Shown piece after piece: positions 19,901 through 29,889 of a DNA stretch of 64,000 nucleotides. Each line of letters opens with the position of its first letter. Within the stretch, counting starts at the first letter, position 1. The notes under the pieces are model-generated. The model had not been told where the DNA came from, did no database searches, and saw only the letters and a program-made list of their open reading frames with translations. The translations under genes were made by a program, and so were the position numbers. The DNA is from Geopsychrobacteraceae bacterium (lineage in GTDB: Bacteria > Desulfobacterota > Desulfuromonadia > Desulfuromonadales > Geopsychrobacteraceae): contig OY759353.1 of NCBI GenBank assembly GCA_963662315.1, forward strand, positions 1,952,001 through 2,016,000, read 5' to 3'.

Positions 19901-20047
19901 CGGCCGTTGGGGCTTGCTGTCGTTGGGGGGCTGATGGTTTCTCAACTATTAACCCTCTATATAACCCCCATTATTTATTACTATCTGGATAAGGTCCAAA
20001 CAGGTGTGAAGCGGATGTTTTCCCGCAAAGGAACAACCCAGTACTAG
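16943..20047 (+). CDS. RND efflux permease (MdtB/MdtC-like, HAE1 family)
   Basis: 1034 aa; FIRRPV, GFVVDDAIV, GIVKKNAI and RFRPIMMTT motifs. Confidence 0.92.
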   Translation: MNISALFIRRPVMTSLVMLAIMIFGAFSYNLLAVNDLPNIDFPTIQVSARLPGASPETMASAVATPLERQLSTIAGIDALSSTNGEGSTIITIQFAMERDIDAAAQDVQAAVSQAARRLPKEMTSPPSVRKVNPAASSILYLALSSKSMALSDVFEYADTTIVPRISMVNGVAQVNVYGSQKFAVRIGLDPLKLASLNIGVNEVEKALGGWNVNLPTGGLEGKSQSYTIQVSGQLYNAEAFKQVVIAYRNQAPIRLQDVATVENSVENNRVAAWFYTKQSTDRAVILAIQRQPGTNTIAVVDRIRSLFPDLQRQLPGGVELQLMYDRSGSIRESVAEVKFTLILTVCLVIMVIFLFLRNLPATVIPSLALPLSVVGTFAAMYLLDFSINNITLMALTLSIGFVVDDAIVMLENIIRHMEHGTPSREAAFKGSREIGFTILSMTISLVAVFIPVLFMAGMLARMLHEFAVTISVAILISGFVSLTLTPMLCSRFLKPYSDKKHGFLYNLMERFFAGWLRLYELSLNRILRWRRTILILTILLTILTVWMFTRIPTGLFPPDDTGSLRASTEGTQGVSFEEMKRNQALLADIIIQDPDVEAFMSSVGAAGSRVGSNTGFLFIRLKERQNRKANADQIIQRLRPKLNGIPGIRIFLQNPPPIRLESKRSKAQYQFVMQSPDTADLYSRAAEFEDKLRDIPLLQDVNSDLEIKSPQLNLQIDRDRAAILGVSAEQIETTLYSAFGSRQISTIYTDTNQYQVIMELQPQYQTDSGSLELLYVRASSDELVPLTTLVHITSGLGPLSVNHEGQITAVTFSFDLRPGVPLSEAVTAIEDLARSLPASFTTGFQGAAQVYQASTKGLALLLILSIVVIYIVLGILYESYIHPLTILSGLPAAGFGALLTLMLFKTELNLYAFVGIIMLVGIVKKNAIMMIDFALEAQRKDGLAPLEAIYRGCLIRFRPIMMTTMAALAGTLPIAIGIGAGAESRRPLGLAVVGGLMVSQLLTLYITPIIYYYLDKVQTGVKRMFSRKGTTQY

Positions 20048-20229
20048 CTTTCCTCAGAAAGCGGTCCTGTTTCTCTTTAATGATGTCTCTCTGCGGGCTT
20101 GCCTGTGTGGCTTAAAACCCTTCGCCTCATTGCCACCCTAAATCCTGGATTATTGTGATTTCATGCTTTTTTGAGGGGGAAGCAATAGACGGTTGTTCAG
20201 AAACAGATGAATTGACTGGAAAAAGACAT

Positions 20230-20437
20230 AAAAAATGCCCCGGCAGGGAGAAAGGTCTGCCAGGGCCAATACGTGAGAGAGAGGTCACGTGTAAAACTGT
20301 TTAAGCTGTCTTTTGTAAAATCTTTAAAGCATTGACACACGGGTTAACCGCTCAGTCAAAGCTGGAATTGCTGGCACTGTTTTTACGGAGATTTTTGATC
20401 CTAAGAAGAGAAAGTCTCTTCCGTTCAAATATTGGTA
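20230..20437 (-). ncRNA. Candidate sRNA-2 (~205 nt) with a FadR-type operator at its promoter
   Basis: Promoter at 20444-20472. Terminator GCCCUGGCAG-ACCUUUCUCC-CUGCCGGGGC-AUUUUUU at 20230-20266. No ORF with an RBS in between. Confidence 0.55.
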
Positions 20438-20472
20438 AGACCACTTATAACCTATGACCACCTACATGTCAA
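20433..20472 (-). promoter_or_regulatory. sigma70 promoter TTGACA-N17-TATAAG overlapped by TGGT-N3-ACCA operator(s)
   Basis: tgtcaa at 20467-20472 and cttata at 20444-20449. TGGTAAGACCA at 20433-20443 and a half-site TATGACCA inside the spacer. Confidence 0.7.
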
Positions 20473-20958
20473 TATGAAAGCATGAAATGGTATAAAAAAC
20501 TTATTACGATAAAACCTAAGTTGATAGCCCCCCATTCTGTCTATGTCTCGGATCCAGCGGAGAATACGATCTCCTGTTACCAAATAATCCTTTTCACCCT
20601 CTACACGTTGTTAACTCACGGCATCTATATCAAAACGACACTAAATTTCAAGCACTTAACAACCCAACAAATGGCAATAAAGAACTTCGCTGCGCTATTC
20701 TCTGCAACAACCAGAGGTGAGGAAATAGGGTTTAGCGTTATAACGATTTTCTGACATGGGATAATCGGCAGGCGAAAATGAAGTAATTTTTTGAATAAAA
20801 AAGCCCAGGAAAGTGATAAATATGCCCTGCCAAGCAGGGCTCAAGAACCCTGTTTGGTTCTATTTCAGATCAACGCACAGGTATTGCCTTGGCACCAGAG
20901 ACAAAGAAAGAGTAAACAGCACGTGTAAAATTTTTATTCCGGAGAGTAAGCCCTTTGC

Positions 20959-23139
20959 TTAGTGAAGAGTAAAGTGGGGCCCCTCCTTACCTCGCCCGTT
21001 AAACAAAGTCTCCATCCGCTCAGCATCAACGGCTTCAGCATACAGGTAGCCCTGAACCTCCTCACACCCCAGATTCCGCAGGTATTGCAGCTGATGATGG
21101 TTTTCAACCCCTTCAGCTGTCAGTTTCAGATTCATCCCTTTTGCCAGCATGGCTATGCCGTCAGCAATGAAAGCCTGACTGTCACGGTCGTTGATTTCGC
21201 GGACAAATGAACGATCAATTTTCAGGGTATTGATGGGCAGATTCTGCAGGTAGGCAAAAGATGAGTTACCGCGTCCGAAATCATCAAGGGTTACAGCCAC
21301 ACCAAAAGCCCTTAACGCTCTTAATGTTTCTGCCACATTCTTCTGGTTCTGTTGCAGAGCGTGTTCAGAAATTTCAAGATCCAGAGTCGTTGGATCTATC
21401 TGATAACTCTGAACGGTCCGAATAAAGCGATCGATGAAATCATCCTCCTCAAACTGCACCGCCGACAGGTTCAACGAAACCCTGATAGCCGGTAATCCCC
21501 GCTGTTGCCAGCGCACTATTTCCTTGCAGACCGACTCCAGCACCCAGTACCCCAAAGGAACAATGAGCTTTGAGTCTTCTGCGGCTTGAAGAAATTTTTC
21601 CGGATACAACAAGCCATGTTCAGGATGTTGCCAACGTAACAGGGCCTCCATACCGATAATACGGTTATTCAAAGCATTCACCCGCGGTTGGAAGAAAACC
21701 TGAAACTGGCTCTCTTCCATGCCACGCCGCATATCTCGTTCAACCGAAATATAATCGGACCGATCAGGCATGGAACTGTCGTAAAAACAGTAACCATCCT
21801 TACCGTCCCGCTTGACGTGGTACATGGCGATATCCGCACTCTGCAACAGTGCTTCACGGGATTGACCTGCTTCCGGATACATGGAAATACCAATACTCAT
21901 GCTCAAGTACAGTTCATGGCCATCAATCTGAAACGGCCGCCGGACTTCCTGAAGAATTTTTTCCGCAACCGCAGCAACACCACTACGGCTGGTCATTCCC
22001 GGCAGCAGCAGAAAAAATTCATCGCCACCAAAACGACTCAGAGTATCTTCAGCCCGCAGACAATTGCTGATGCGTTCGGAAATCTGCTGCAGCACGACAT
22101 CTCCAGCGACATGTCCCAACGTGTCGTTAATCAGTTTGAAACGGTCAAGGTCAATAAACAGCAAGGCAAAATGAATACCACTACGCCGGGCATGAGCAAA
22201 AGCCTGCTGCATCCGGTCATCAAACAAAATCCGGTTGGGCAGCCGGGTCAAAACGTCGTGATATGCCTGGAAGCTGATACGCGCCTCATTCTTTTTACGC
22301 TCAGAGATATCACGAGCGCATCCCAGGGTTCCACTGAACTGCTTATTGCCATGACCGTTGCTTTTATAAATCCCTACAGCATTCAGCTCAACAATCAATT
22401 CATGATTGGCGAGACACGCAACCTGATCATTGTCAGGATTGACCTGAAGACGCATCTCTATTTTTTGAGCGGCACGGATTCCGGTACGCTGCTCACTGAA
22501 ATAATTATGAACGTCTGCAGCATTATTTGGATGAATGATCTTTGAGAAATGCTGCCCCAACAGCTCATGGCGCTTATACCCGAGCAGGGATTCTGCCTGA
22601 TCATTAAGAAAAGAAAAATTCCCATGCGCATCGAGCATGTAAATGAAATCGGGAGAGTTATTGACGATAAAACGATGAATCCGTTCCGAATCAGAAAGGG
22701 ATCGTTCAGCGACCTTCTCCAGACGCTTTTTCTGGTAGCGTTCCACTCCGCACCGCACTGCGGCCAGGAACTCTTCAGGGTCATAGGGTTTACGGATGAA
22801 GTCATTGGCCCCGAGGCGCAATCCCTTCTGGGTATAGTTAAAACCGGCATAAGCACTGACGATAATGATATCTGTCTCAGGGGCCAGATCGCGAATATGT
22901 CCGAGCAGATCAAAACCGTGCATTCCTGGCATTTTGAGGTCAAGCAGCACGACCTGAAAATGCTCCTCGCGGAGCTTGACCAGGGCATCATCGCCGCCGG
23001 TTGCCAACTCCACCCGGTAACCGTTGATATGCAGTAATGCCTGCACACTACGTAGCATATCAAGCTGGTCATCGACAATCAGGATATCTATTTGTCCTTC
23101 TGATTGAGGTAATGTGTATGCGTTAGAATGACCTGCCAC
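20959..23139 (-). CDS. REC-PAS-GGDEF-EAL diguanylate cyclase/phosphodiesterase
   Basis: REC (IVDD, LLDLKMP, RKP), PAS, RAED I-site followed by GGDEF, and EAL/DDFG/KIDRSF/EGVE/QGY. GTG start at 23139 after GGGGGA; alternative TTG at 23157. Confidence 0.92.
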   Translation of the reverse strand: MAGHSNAYTLPQSEGQIDILIVDDQLDMLRSVQALLHINGYRVELATGGDDALVKLREEHFQVVLLDLKMPGMHGFDLLGHIRDLAPETDIIIVSAYAGFNYTQKGLRLGANDFIRKPYDPEEFLAAVRCGVERYQKKRLEKVAERSLSDSERIHRFIVNNSPDFIYMLDAHGNFSFLNDQAESLLGYKRHELLGQHFSKIIHPNNAADVHNYFSEQRTGIRAAQKIEMRLQVNPDNDQVACLANHELIVELNAVGIYKSNGHGNKQFSGTLGCARDISERKKNEARISFQAYHDVLTRLPNRILFDDRMQQAFAHARRSGIHFALLFIDLDRFKLINDTLGHVAGDVVLQQISERISNCLRAEDTLSRFGGDEFFLLLPGMTSRSGVAAVAEKILQEVRRPFQIDGHELYLSMSIGISMYPEAGQSREALLQSADIAMYHVKRDGKDGYCFYDSSMPDRSDYISVERDMRRGMEESQFQVFFQPRVNALNNRIIGMEALLRWQHPEHGLLYPEKFLQAAEDSKLIVPLGYWVLESVCKEIVRWQQRGLPAIRVSLNLSAVQFEEDDFIDRFIRTVQSYQIDPTTLDLEISEHALQQNQKNVAETLRALRAFGVAVTLDDFGRGNSSFAYLQNLPINTLKIDRSFVREINDRDSQAFIADGIAMLAKGMNLKLTAEGVENHHQLQYLRNLGCEEVQGYLYAEAVDAERMETLFNGRGKEGPHFTLH

Positions 23140-23153
23140 TCGCGTTCCCCCTG

Positions 23154-25220
23154 TCAATTATCGGATTCGAATCTGCGGTAAGGAATTTGAATGGTGAAAC
23201 AGGTTCCGTGCACGGCGCTGCTGTGGCAGCTCAACTGACCATTCAACTCTGAAACCATCGCATTCACCTGGTATAAACCAACCCCCGCATGCCCTGCTCC
23301 CTTGGGACTGAAAACAGGTTTAAATAGATTTTTCTGGACGTGAATCGACAGTCCAGGTCCATTGTCCTGGATAACCAGTTCTACCTGCCATTGGCGTGAA
23401 GCAACGAAAACCAGGCGTGTTGATATTTTGATCACACCTGCTTCCTCAAAGGATTCAAGAGCATTATTCAGCAGATGCATGACAATCCGTCGCATCAGTG
23501 CCGAGTTACACTGAAAACGCTCAAGCCCCTCCTGCAGGGCCAAATCAAAATCAACTTTAAGCCTGCCGGCACAGGTACCACGCAGCGAATCCGATATTTC
23601 ACGAACCAGCTGATTCAGGTCGACACCCTGATCAAAGAGCTCATGGTCTTCATGGCGACTCAGATAATCCTGAAAAATAGCATCGATTCGCCTGACCTCT
23701 CCTTTAATGGCGGTCGCAAGGGAGAGCTGTTCCTGTCGATGTTCCGTTTGGGTGAGAACTTCGACATAATTATTGATGATAGTCAACGGATTCTTTACCT
23801 CCTGACCAACCTGGTAAAGAAAGCCACCGCCATCATTGCCCCCATTAAAAACATTTTCAGACTCTGCCAGTAGAGCACTTCCGACAATCTGAATAAGTCC
23901 CTGCAGGTATTGAGACTTACAGTCGGGCAGATCACGTTCACCGGCCAGTTTTAATACCACGACACCGGGGATTTGCCCTGCCACCCCCAGGGGGCAACAG
24001 ATGAATCCTTTCCCGTCACCAAGGCGCAACAATAAATTGTCGGTAACCGTCAAGCTTTGTCTTCCGGAAAAAGAGAAAAAGCAGCGTTTTTCGAGATAGC
24101 TATCTGAAACAAGAGAATACCCACTGCGCAGTGGAATTTCAAGTTCCCTGGCCAAGCGAAGCTCCCCTCCGCTCAGCATTCCTGTCAACACATGACTTTT
24201 CTCATCAAGAAGGAAGAAGAACGCTTCTCGGGCCGGGCTTTGTTCAAGCAAAAGCTGTCTGCTGATCTGCAACAAATCATCACGTCCGGCCGCCCTGGAC
24301 AACCTGCCCCGCGCAGCTTCCTGTCCGGCCAATAAAAAGGTCAACTCCTGCAAGCGACCGATGGAATTATTGAACTCGCCACGGACTTTATCTGGTTGAT
24401 CAAGCCAGGCAAACGCAGGAGGAAATAGATCACGCCCCCAGTGAAACAGATATTGGCTTTCACTGGGCTTAAGTCCCAGCAACTGTTCAGCCAGCAACTG
24501 ACTTGCGTTACTCAGCTGGTCTGGGGTAAGACAAAACTGCTGCGTCAGCCGGCCAATTTTCAGCAGCACATGACTATCGGCAATCTGATTGATATCTGCA
24601 TGCAAAAAGCGCACTGCATCCGCCAGGAAGGAGTCAAGATGCCAGTTGCTGATCAGTTGGTCAGCGACTGATAAATGATCCATCCCAAAATGTTCAAGCT
24701 CAATGGCAGCCTGCTCAGGAGAGCTTGAAACACCCAAATCTTTGGCCAGATAGTCTTTTCCGAAGGCATGGAAGAGCAGATGAATACCAAGATTAAGCAG
24801 AAGGCCGCACAGTTGCGCTTCTTCAATTCGGGAAAAGTTCACCGAGGGGGCTAGACAACGGGAAAAAATGCCACCGATCTGGGACATGAGCCAGAGACGA
24901 TACTGGAAGACAAGTTCTGTGTCTGAAAACTTTTTCTGACACAATCGTTGTGCCGCGTGCAAAACCAAACTGGTTAAAATCGAGGGGTCCAGGGACTGAA
25001 TGGCTGAAGACACAGGTTCGTCGGCGTTGAGGGCAATATTAAGCTTTTCTGCCGCAGACAGCAGCAGTACAGCCAAAGGAGCATCCTGCAAAACAATGTC
25101 AGCCAGTACCTGGGAATTTTGTTGTTTCAGGCATGCATCGATCAGATCTGCCAGTACCCCCGGTTGACAGAGCAGCATGTTGAGATCGGAACCAGCAAAA
25201 TGTGTTGTGGCGACACTCAT
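23154..25220 (-). CDS. HDOD-GAF-histidine-kinase-like protein with degenerate H-box
   Basis: Degenerate HDOD at the N-terminus, GAF-like middle, QEVKNPL H-box, N box HLLNNALES, DNGPG and GVGL. Confidence 0.8.
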   Translation of the reverse strand: MSVATTHFAGSDLNMLLCQPGVLADLIDACLKQQNSQVLADIVLQDAPLAVLLLSAAEKLNIALNADEPVSSAIQSLDPSILTSLVLHAAQRLCQKKFSDTELVFQYRLWLMSQIGGIFSRCLAPSVNFSRIEEAQLCGLLLNLGIHLLFHAFGKDYLAKDLGVSSSPEQAAIELEHFGMDHLSVADQLISNWHLDSFLADAVRFLHADINQIADSHVLLKIGRLTQQFCLTPDQLSNASQLLAEQLLGLKPSESQYLFHWGRDLFPPAFAWLDQPDKVRGEFNNSIGRLQELTFLLAGQEAARGRLSRAAGRDDLLQISRQLLLEQSPAREAFFFLLDEKSHVLTGMLSGGELRLARELEIPLRSGYSLVSDSYLEKRCFFSFSGRQSLTVTDNLLLRLGDGKGFICCPLGVAGQIPGVVVLKLAGERDLPDCKSQYLQGLIQIVGSALLAESENVFNGGNDGGGFLYQVGQEVKNPLTIINNYVEVLTQTEHRQEQLSLATAIKGEVRRIDAIFQDYLSRHEDHELFDQGVDLNQLVREISDSLRGTCAGRLKVDFDLALQEGLERFQCNSALMRRIVMHLLNNALESFEEAGVIKISTRLVFVASRQWQVELVIQDNGPGLSIHVQKNLFKPVFSPKGAGHAGVGLYQVNAMVSELNGQLSCHSSAVHGTCFTIQIPYRRFESDN

Positions 25221-25631
25221 AACAACCAGACTCCATCATTAGCAGAAGCTAAACGATGATTTTAGAAGAATATTAAATCGGAAAGATCAAGTATATGCCA
25301 AAAAAACCTCAAGAAAAACAACTAAGTTCAAAAAAAATATAAATTTCAACCGGTTAGGCTTTAAAAGCAGACGCAGACAATTCATTAAGATCAAGCAATC
25401 ACTCAAAAGAGAATCGATAAATAAACGCGACCGTATAGCGATAACCTCTTGATATCCCAAAACAATCAACTTTACAAGACACCAGTCAACCTTGGTTGAT
25501 ACTCACGAGAGTTAAGTCGTATCAATTAATCCAAAGCCCTATCCCCATGTATTTATTGAGGCCACAAAGCACTGTCTTTAATATAATGATGCAGGAGATT
25601 CTATGCCAAGAGAAGAAAGTAACCTGAATCC

Positions 25632-26912
25632 TCAGTACAAATTCAGCATATCTTCAATAACAGAGCGATCCTTAGCACTCCATGGGCCAACAATCACCAG
25701 ATGCAGCAGATCGCGCCGGAAAATATCCCGAGCCATGGTTCTCAACTTTTCGGGTGTAAATTGACGAACCAGCTCCTCATCCTGACTGGTGGTACGCAGG
25801 TAGTCAGCCTGCAGCCCCCAACCATAGCGCACTGCCTGAGCGTCGGTCTGATCCTGGGAGAACTCCAGATCAAACAGGTAATTGCAGACGGCTCCGTCAA
25901 GTTCCTCCTGCGTAATCAGCTCTTCGCGCAGCACAGTCAGAACCCCAAGAACCTCTTTAACCGCAAGGACCAGATTGACCGGAGCAACAGACAGGTCGAT
26001 AGCCACATATCCCGTATCTTTCATCAACGAACAATGGGCGTCAACCGCATAGGTTAAGCCTAACTCTTCGCGTAAGCGCAGGGACAGCCGGGCCCCGCCG
26101 CCCCATGCCAGCAGTCGGCATAAAAAACGCGCACTAAGACTGCGTTCATCGTCACGCCCGGGCAGGCGAAAGGCCAGCTGAATAGAGACCTGCGAATCAG
26201 AGTCCTGGACCCAGCAACAGCGTGGCCCGGAAGGCAGGTCGACAGCAGGAAAAGCATTGTTCTGCGCAGGAGGCAGTACCCAATCGCCAAATTCTTCAGT
26301 CACTGACGTCAGGGCCTCACTGCGTTCAAGGGGGCCACAGACACAGATGACCAGATTATCGGGCCGATACCACTGCCGATAGTAATCCTGTAAGGTCTCA
26401 AGGTCGATCCGCTCCAGGGTTTCCGGTGATCCGATCAGTGTTTTCCCCAGGGGGTGACCGGGCCACAGCAGTTCGGCCATGAGATTATCAGAATTTATCT
26501 GCACCCCTTCTTCATTATAATCTTCGCGGGCCTCTTCAAGAATAATCCGGCGTTCAACATCAATATCTTTAAACAGTGGACGCCTCAGCATGGACGCAAA
26601 CAGAGTGACACCCGCGCTGAGTCGGGTTGGGTGGATACGAGAATGAAAACAGGTTGTTTCAGCATCTGTTGACGCATTGACCGCGCCACCAATAGACTCA
26701 AAGGCCTGTTCAAGAAGAATACTGGTCGGATATTCAGCGGTACCACGAAAAATCATATGCTCAAGAAAGTGTGAAATACCGGCCAGAGGCTCTTCTTCAC
26801 ACTGTCCTCCGACGGCCACATAACAGACAATCTCCGCCGCATGCAGATGCGGCATAGGGACCGTCACCAGACGTAACCCATTGGCCAATGTATCAACAAA
26901 ATATTCAGACAT
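25632..26912 (-). CDS. M16 family zinc peptidase
   Basis: LANGLRL, inverted zinc motif HFLEH, and LREELGLTY. Confidence 0.9.
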   Translation of the reverse strand: MSEYFVDTLANGLRLVTVPMPHLHAAEIVCYVAVGGQCEEEPLAGISHFLEHMIFRGTAEYPTSILLEQAFESIGGAVNASTDAETTCFHSRIHPTRLSAGVTLFASMLRRPLFKDIDVERRIILEEAREDYNEEGVQINSDNLMAELLWPGHPLGKTLIGSPETLERIDLETLQDYYRQWYRPDNLVICVCGPLERSEALTSVTEEFGDWVLPPAQNNAFPAVDLPSGPRCCWVQDSDSQVSIQLAFRLPGRDDERSLSARFLCRLLAWGGGARLSLRLREELGLTYAVDAHCSLMKDTGYVAIDLSVAPVNLVLAVKEVLGVLTVLREELITQEELDGAVCNYLFDLEFSQDQTDAQAVRYGWGLQADYLRTTSQDEELVRQFTPEKLRTMARDIFRRDLLHLVIVGPWSAKDRSVIEDMLNLY

Positions 26913-26967
26913 ATACGTGTTTCAATCTACTTTCCCGATCATAAAGAGGGAACGAAAGCCCTGTTTG

Positions 26968-27011
26968 AAAAATACGAAACGGGCAGACGTCTTTGCACGA
27001 CGTCCACCCGT
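26968..27011 (-). terminator. Probable intrinsic terminator after hemB
   Basis: ACGGGTGGACGTC-loop-GACGTCTGCCCGT followed by a T-rich tail on the minus strand. Confidence 0.55.
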
Positions 27012-27040
27012 ATCTGCTTACCAGTGACTCAGATAGAAAT

Positions 27041-28018
27041 TTATTTTTTCTGCAGGATTCTGGCAACTTCTTTGGCATGATAGGTCATAATCAGATCAGC
27101 TCCGGCCCGTTTGATACTGAGCAGGATTTCCATCATAACACGCTCACCTTCAATCCAGTCTTTTTCAGCAGCAGCTTTGACCATACTGTATTCACCGGAA
27201 ACATTGTAAGCAACGAGAGGCAGATCAAAATTATCACGCAGATCACGTAAGATATCGAGATACGACAACGCTGGCTTGACCATCAGGAAATCTGCTGACT
27301 CAGCCACATCCAGCTGGGCTTCGCGCATAGCCTCGAGGCGATTGGCCGGATCCATCTGGTAACTGCGTCGGTCACCAAACTGCGGTGTACTTTCAGCAGC
27401 TTCACGAAAAGGCCCATAAAAGCCACTGGCAAATTTGACCGCGTAACTCATTATCGGAATATCCGTATAGCCATGTTCGTCAAGAATATCGCGAATCGCG
27501 GCAACGCGCCCATCCATCATATCTGAAGGTGCAACGATATCGGCTCCAGCCTGGACATGCGACAGAGCTTCCTTGGCCAGCAGCTCAAGGGTGGCGTCAT
27601 TATCGACGTCGCCATTTTTAATGATCCCACAGTGCCCGTGATCCGTATATTCACACATGCAAACATCAGTGATGACAATCAGCTCCGGGACTTCCTGCTT
27701 GATAGCCCGGATGGTGTTCTGAATAATTCCGCTATCGGAATACGCATCACTGCCAACAGCGTCCTTGGTTTCAGGGATTCCGAACAGAATTACCGCAGGA
27801 ATACCAAGTTCGTAAACTTCTCTGGCTTCAATGACGATGTTGTCGATAGATTGCTGGTAAATCCCAGGCATCGAGCTGATTTCCTGTTTAATATTTTCAC
27901 CAAACGCACTGAACATCGGGTAAATAAGATCATCTATACGCAGGTGAGTTTCCCGCACCATACGCCGGAGGTTTTCATTACGCCGCAGCCGACGGGGACG
28001 ATAGTTTGGAAATTGCAT
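27041..28018 (-). CDS. hemB: Porphobilinogen synthase
   Basis: [14 protein letters not shown] zinc site, [14 protein letters not shown] and YNVSGEY. Confidence 0.95.
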   Translation of the reverse strand: MQFPNYRPRRLRRNENLRRMVRETHLRIDDLIYPMFSAFGENIKQEISSMPGIYQQSIDNIVIEAREVYELGIPAVILFGIPETKDAVGSDAYSDSGIIQNTIRAIKQEVPELIVITDVCMCEYTDHGHCGIIKNGDVDNDATLELLAKEALSHVQAGADIVAPSDMMDGRVAAIRDILDEHGYTDIPIMSYAVKFASGFYGPFREAAESTPQFGDRRSYQMDPANRLEAMREAQLDVAESADFLMVKPALSYLDILRDLRDNFDLPLVAYNVSGEYSMVKAAAEKDWIEGERVMMEILLSIKRAGADLIMTYHAKEVARILQKK

Positions 28019-28052
28019 AATAACTCCTTGGCTTAGCAGCCAGAATTCGTTG

Positions 28053-28835
28053 TCATGAAGGATTGTAATAAGCGATCATGGACTCGACTAAAGCATCAAG
28101 AGTCCATGCTGCCGGTTCGAGATCGACCGTATAACCGTGCTCACGAATTGTTTTTGAAGTTTGTGGCCCGATAGAAAACAGGCGGGTCTCACCCAGCAGT
28201 TCACGCAGCTCATTCCCCAGCATGGCAACCAGGTTGTCAAAAGTTGACGATGAGGAAAAACACATGGCGTCAAGTTCTCCGGCACTCAGCAAGCGACAGA
28301 TTTCTGCCCTGCTCTCAACTGGAGCCACCGTCCGGTAAGCGACAGGATCGGCGACATCTGCGCCTGCCTCACGCAGGTGATCCACCAGATAGGAGCGGGC
28401 CAGTTCGGCGCGAGGATAAAGAATTTTTTTGCCAGCAACGCCACGCTTAAGCAGTTCGGCGACAATCCCTTCAGCGCAATGATCTTCCGGCACAATACTC
28501 GCAGTTACGGCAAACTCTTTTAAGGCCTGTGCTGTTTTGGGACCGACAGCGACGACATCAATATTACGCAGCAGACCGATATACTGTTCATTTTCAAATA
28601 AGCGCTCAAAAAAGGCCGCTACACCATTCGCCGAAGTAAGGATCAGAATATCAACGCTATCCAGCTCGCGCACTTCATAATCAAGAGGGCCCCAGTCGAG
28701 CGGCGGAACAATATCGATCGTCGGCACACACACGGCCTGAGCCCCTTGCGCTTCAAGTAAAGTGGCAAAGGCTCCAGCCTGTTCCCTGGTACGGGTCACC
28801 AGAAACCGTTTGCCAGATAAAGGCAAGCTCGTCAT
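28053..28835 (-). CDS. hemD: Uroporphyrinogen-III synthase (stand-alone)
   Basis: [30 protein letters not shown] and SIGPQTS; located in the hem operon. Confidence 0.9.
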   Translation of the reverse strand: MTSLPLSGKRFLVTRTREQAGAFATLLEAQGAQAVCVPTIDIVPPLDWGPLDYEVRELDSVDILILTSANGVAAFFERLFENEQYIGLLRNIDVVAVGPKTAQALKEFAVTASIVPEDHCAEGIVAELLKRGVAGKKILYPRAELARSYLVDHLREAGADVADPVAYRTVAPVESRAEICRLLSAGELDAMCFSSSSTFDNLVAMLGNELRELLGETRLFSIGPQTSKTIREHGYTVDLEPAAWTLDALVESMIAYYNPS

Positions 28836-28841
28836 AGCCCG

Positions 28842-29798
28842 TCAATCCTGACTATTATTAAACGTCTCACAACCGTAAACCTCGTTCAGAATAGCGCCAG
28901 CCCCCATCTCGAGCAGGTCTTTGGCAAGGGCAACGCCGCAGGCAACCGCATTTTCCACATGGGATGAGACCGTTTTCTTCAGCATGTTCTGCCCTGCGAC
29001 ATCAGAAACCAGCGCGGTTAACTCCAGTTGATCACCCTCAACTGTACCGAATGCGGCAATCGGAACCTGGCATCCGCCTTCAAGGGTCGCCAACACGGCT
29101 CGCTCAGCCCTGACCGCATAAGCTGTCGGAGCATGATTGAAAAAGTCGATCAAAGCATTGGTCTCAGCATCATCGACCCGGCTTTCCAGCCCCAGAGCCC
29201 CCTGGCCGATAGCAGGCAGGCAGATTTTCGGATCAAAGTACTCACCAATCTGATCAGCAAAACCAAGCCGGTGCATCCCGGCCGCAGCCAAAACAACAGC
29301 ATCAAGATTATCCTGAGTCAGTTTGTCGATACGCGTCTGCACATTACCGCGGATATCAACCATTTTCAGATCCGGGCGCAGGTTCAGCAACTGGGCTTTG
29401 CGCCGTAACGAGGAGGTGCCGATGCGCCCCCCCAGAGGAATATCTGTAAAGCTTTGGTAGGCATCTTTCAGGACAACGATATCACGGGGGTCTTCACGCT
29501 CAGTGATACAGCGCAGATCGGTGCCATCTGGAAACACGGTCGGCACATCTTTCATGGAATGTACGGCGATATCGACCTCGTTACGCAGCATCGCTTCCTG
29601 GATTTCCTTAACGAAAAGCCCCTTGCCACCAACCATAGCCAGTGGAACATCGAGAATCTTGTCCCCTTGAGTTTTGATCTTCGTCAGGGTGACTTCGAGA
29701 TCCGGATAGCGTTCCTCAAGCCGGTCTTTGATCCAATTGGCCTGCCACAGTGCCAGTGCGCTGGCACGGGTACCAATGCGCAAAATACGTTTACCCAT
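28842..29798 (-). CDS. hemC: Hydroxymethylbilane synthase
   Basis: GTRASALALWQA, GGKGLFVKE, VHSMKD, GTSSLRR and EGGCQVP. Confidence 0.95.
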   Translation of the reverse strand: MGKRILRIGTRASALALWQANWIKDRLEERYPDLEVTLTKIKTQGDKILDVPLAMVGGKGLFVKEIQEAMLRNEVDIAVHSMKDVPTVFPDGTDLRCITEREDPRDIVVLKDAYQSFTDIPLGGRIGTSSLRRKAQLLNLRPDLKMVDIRGNVQTRIDKLTQDNLDAVVLAAAGMHRLGFADQIGEYFDPKICLPAIGQGALGLESRVDDAETNALIDFFNHAPTAYAVRAERAVLATLEGGCQVPIAAFGTVEGDQLELTALVSDVAGQNMLKKTVSSHVENAVACGVALAKDLLEMGAGAILNEVYGCETFNNSQD

Positions 29799-29889
29799 TC
29801 AAAAGCTCCTCGTAATGATTTATAAAAACAGGCAACTTCGACTCCCAAGCCGGTTGCATTAATAAATACCGGTCGCATCACGACCGCAA

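Noticed and set aside
20482..20754. 90-aa ORF in the intergenic region
   Set aside because: No clear RBS, AT-rich and no recognisable motif; it overlaps the upstream region of the opposite-strand promoter.
21688..22545. 285-aa antisense ORF
   Set aside because: Shadow of the GGDEF/EAL gene, with no motifs of its own.
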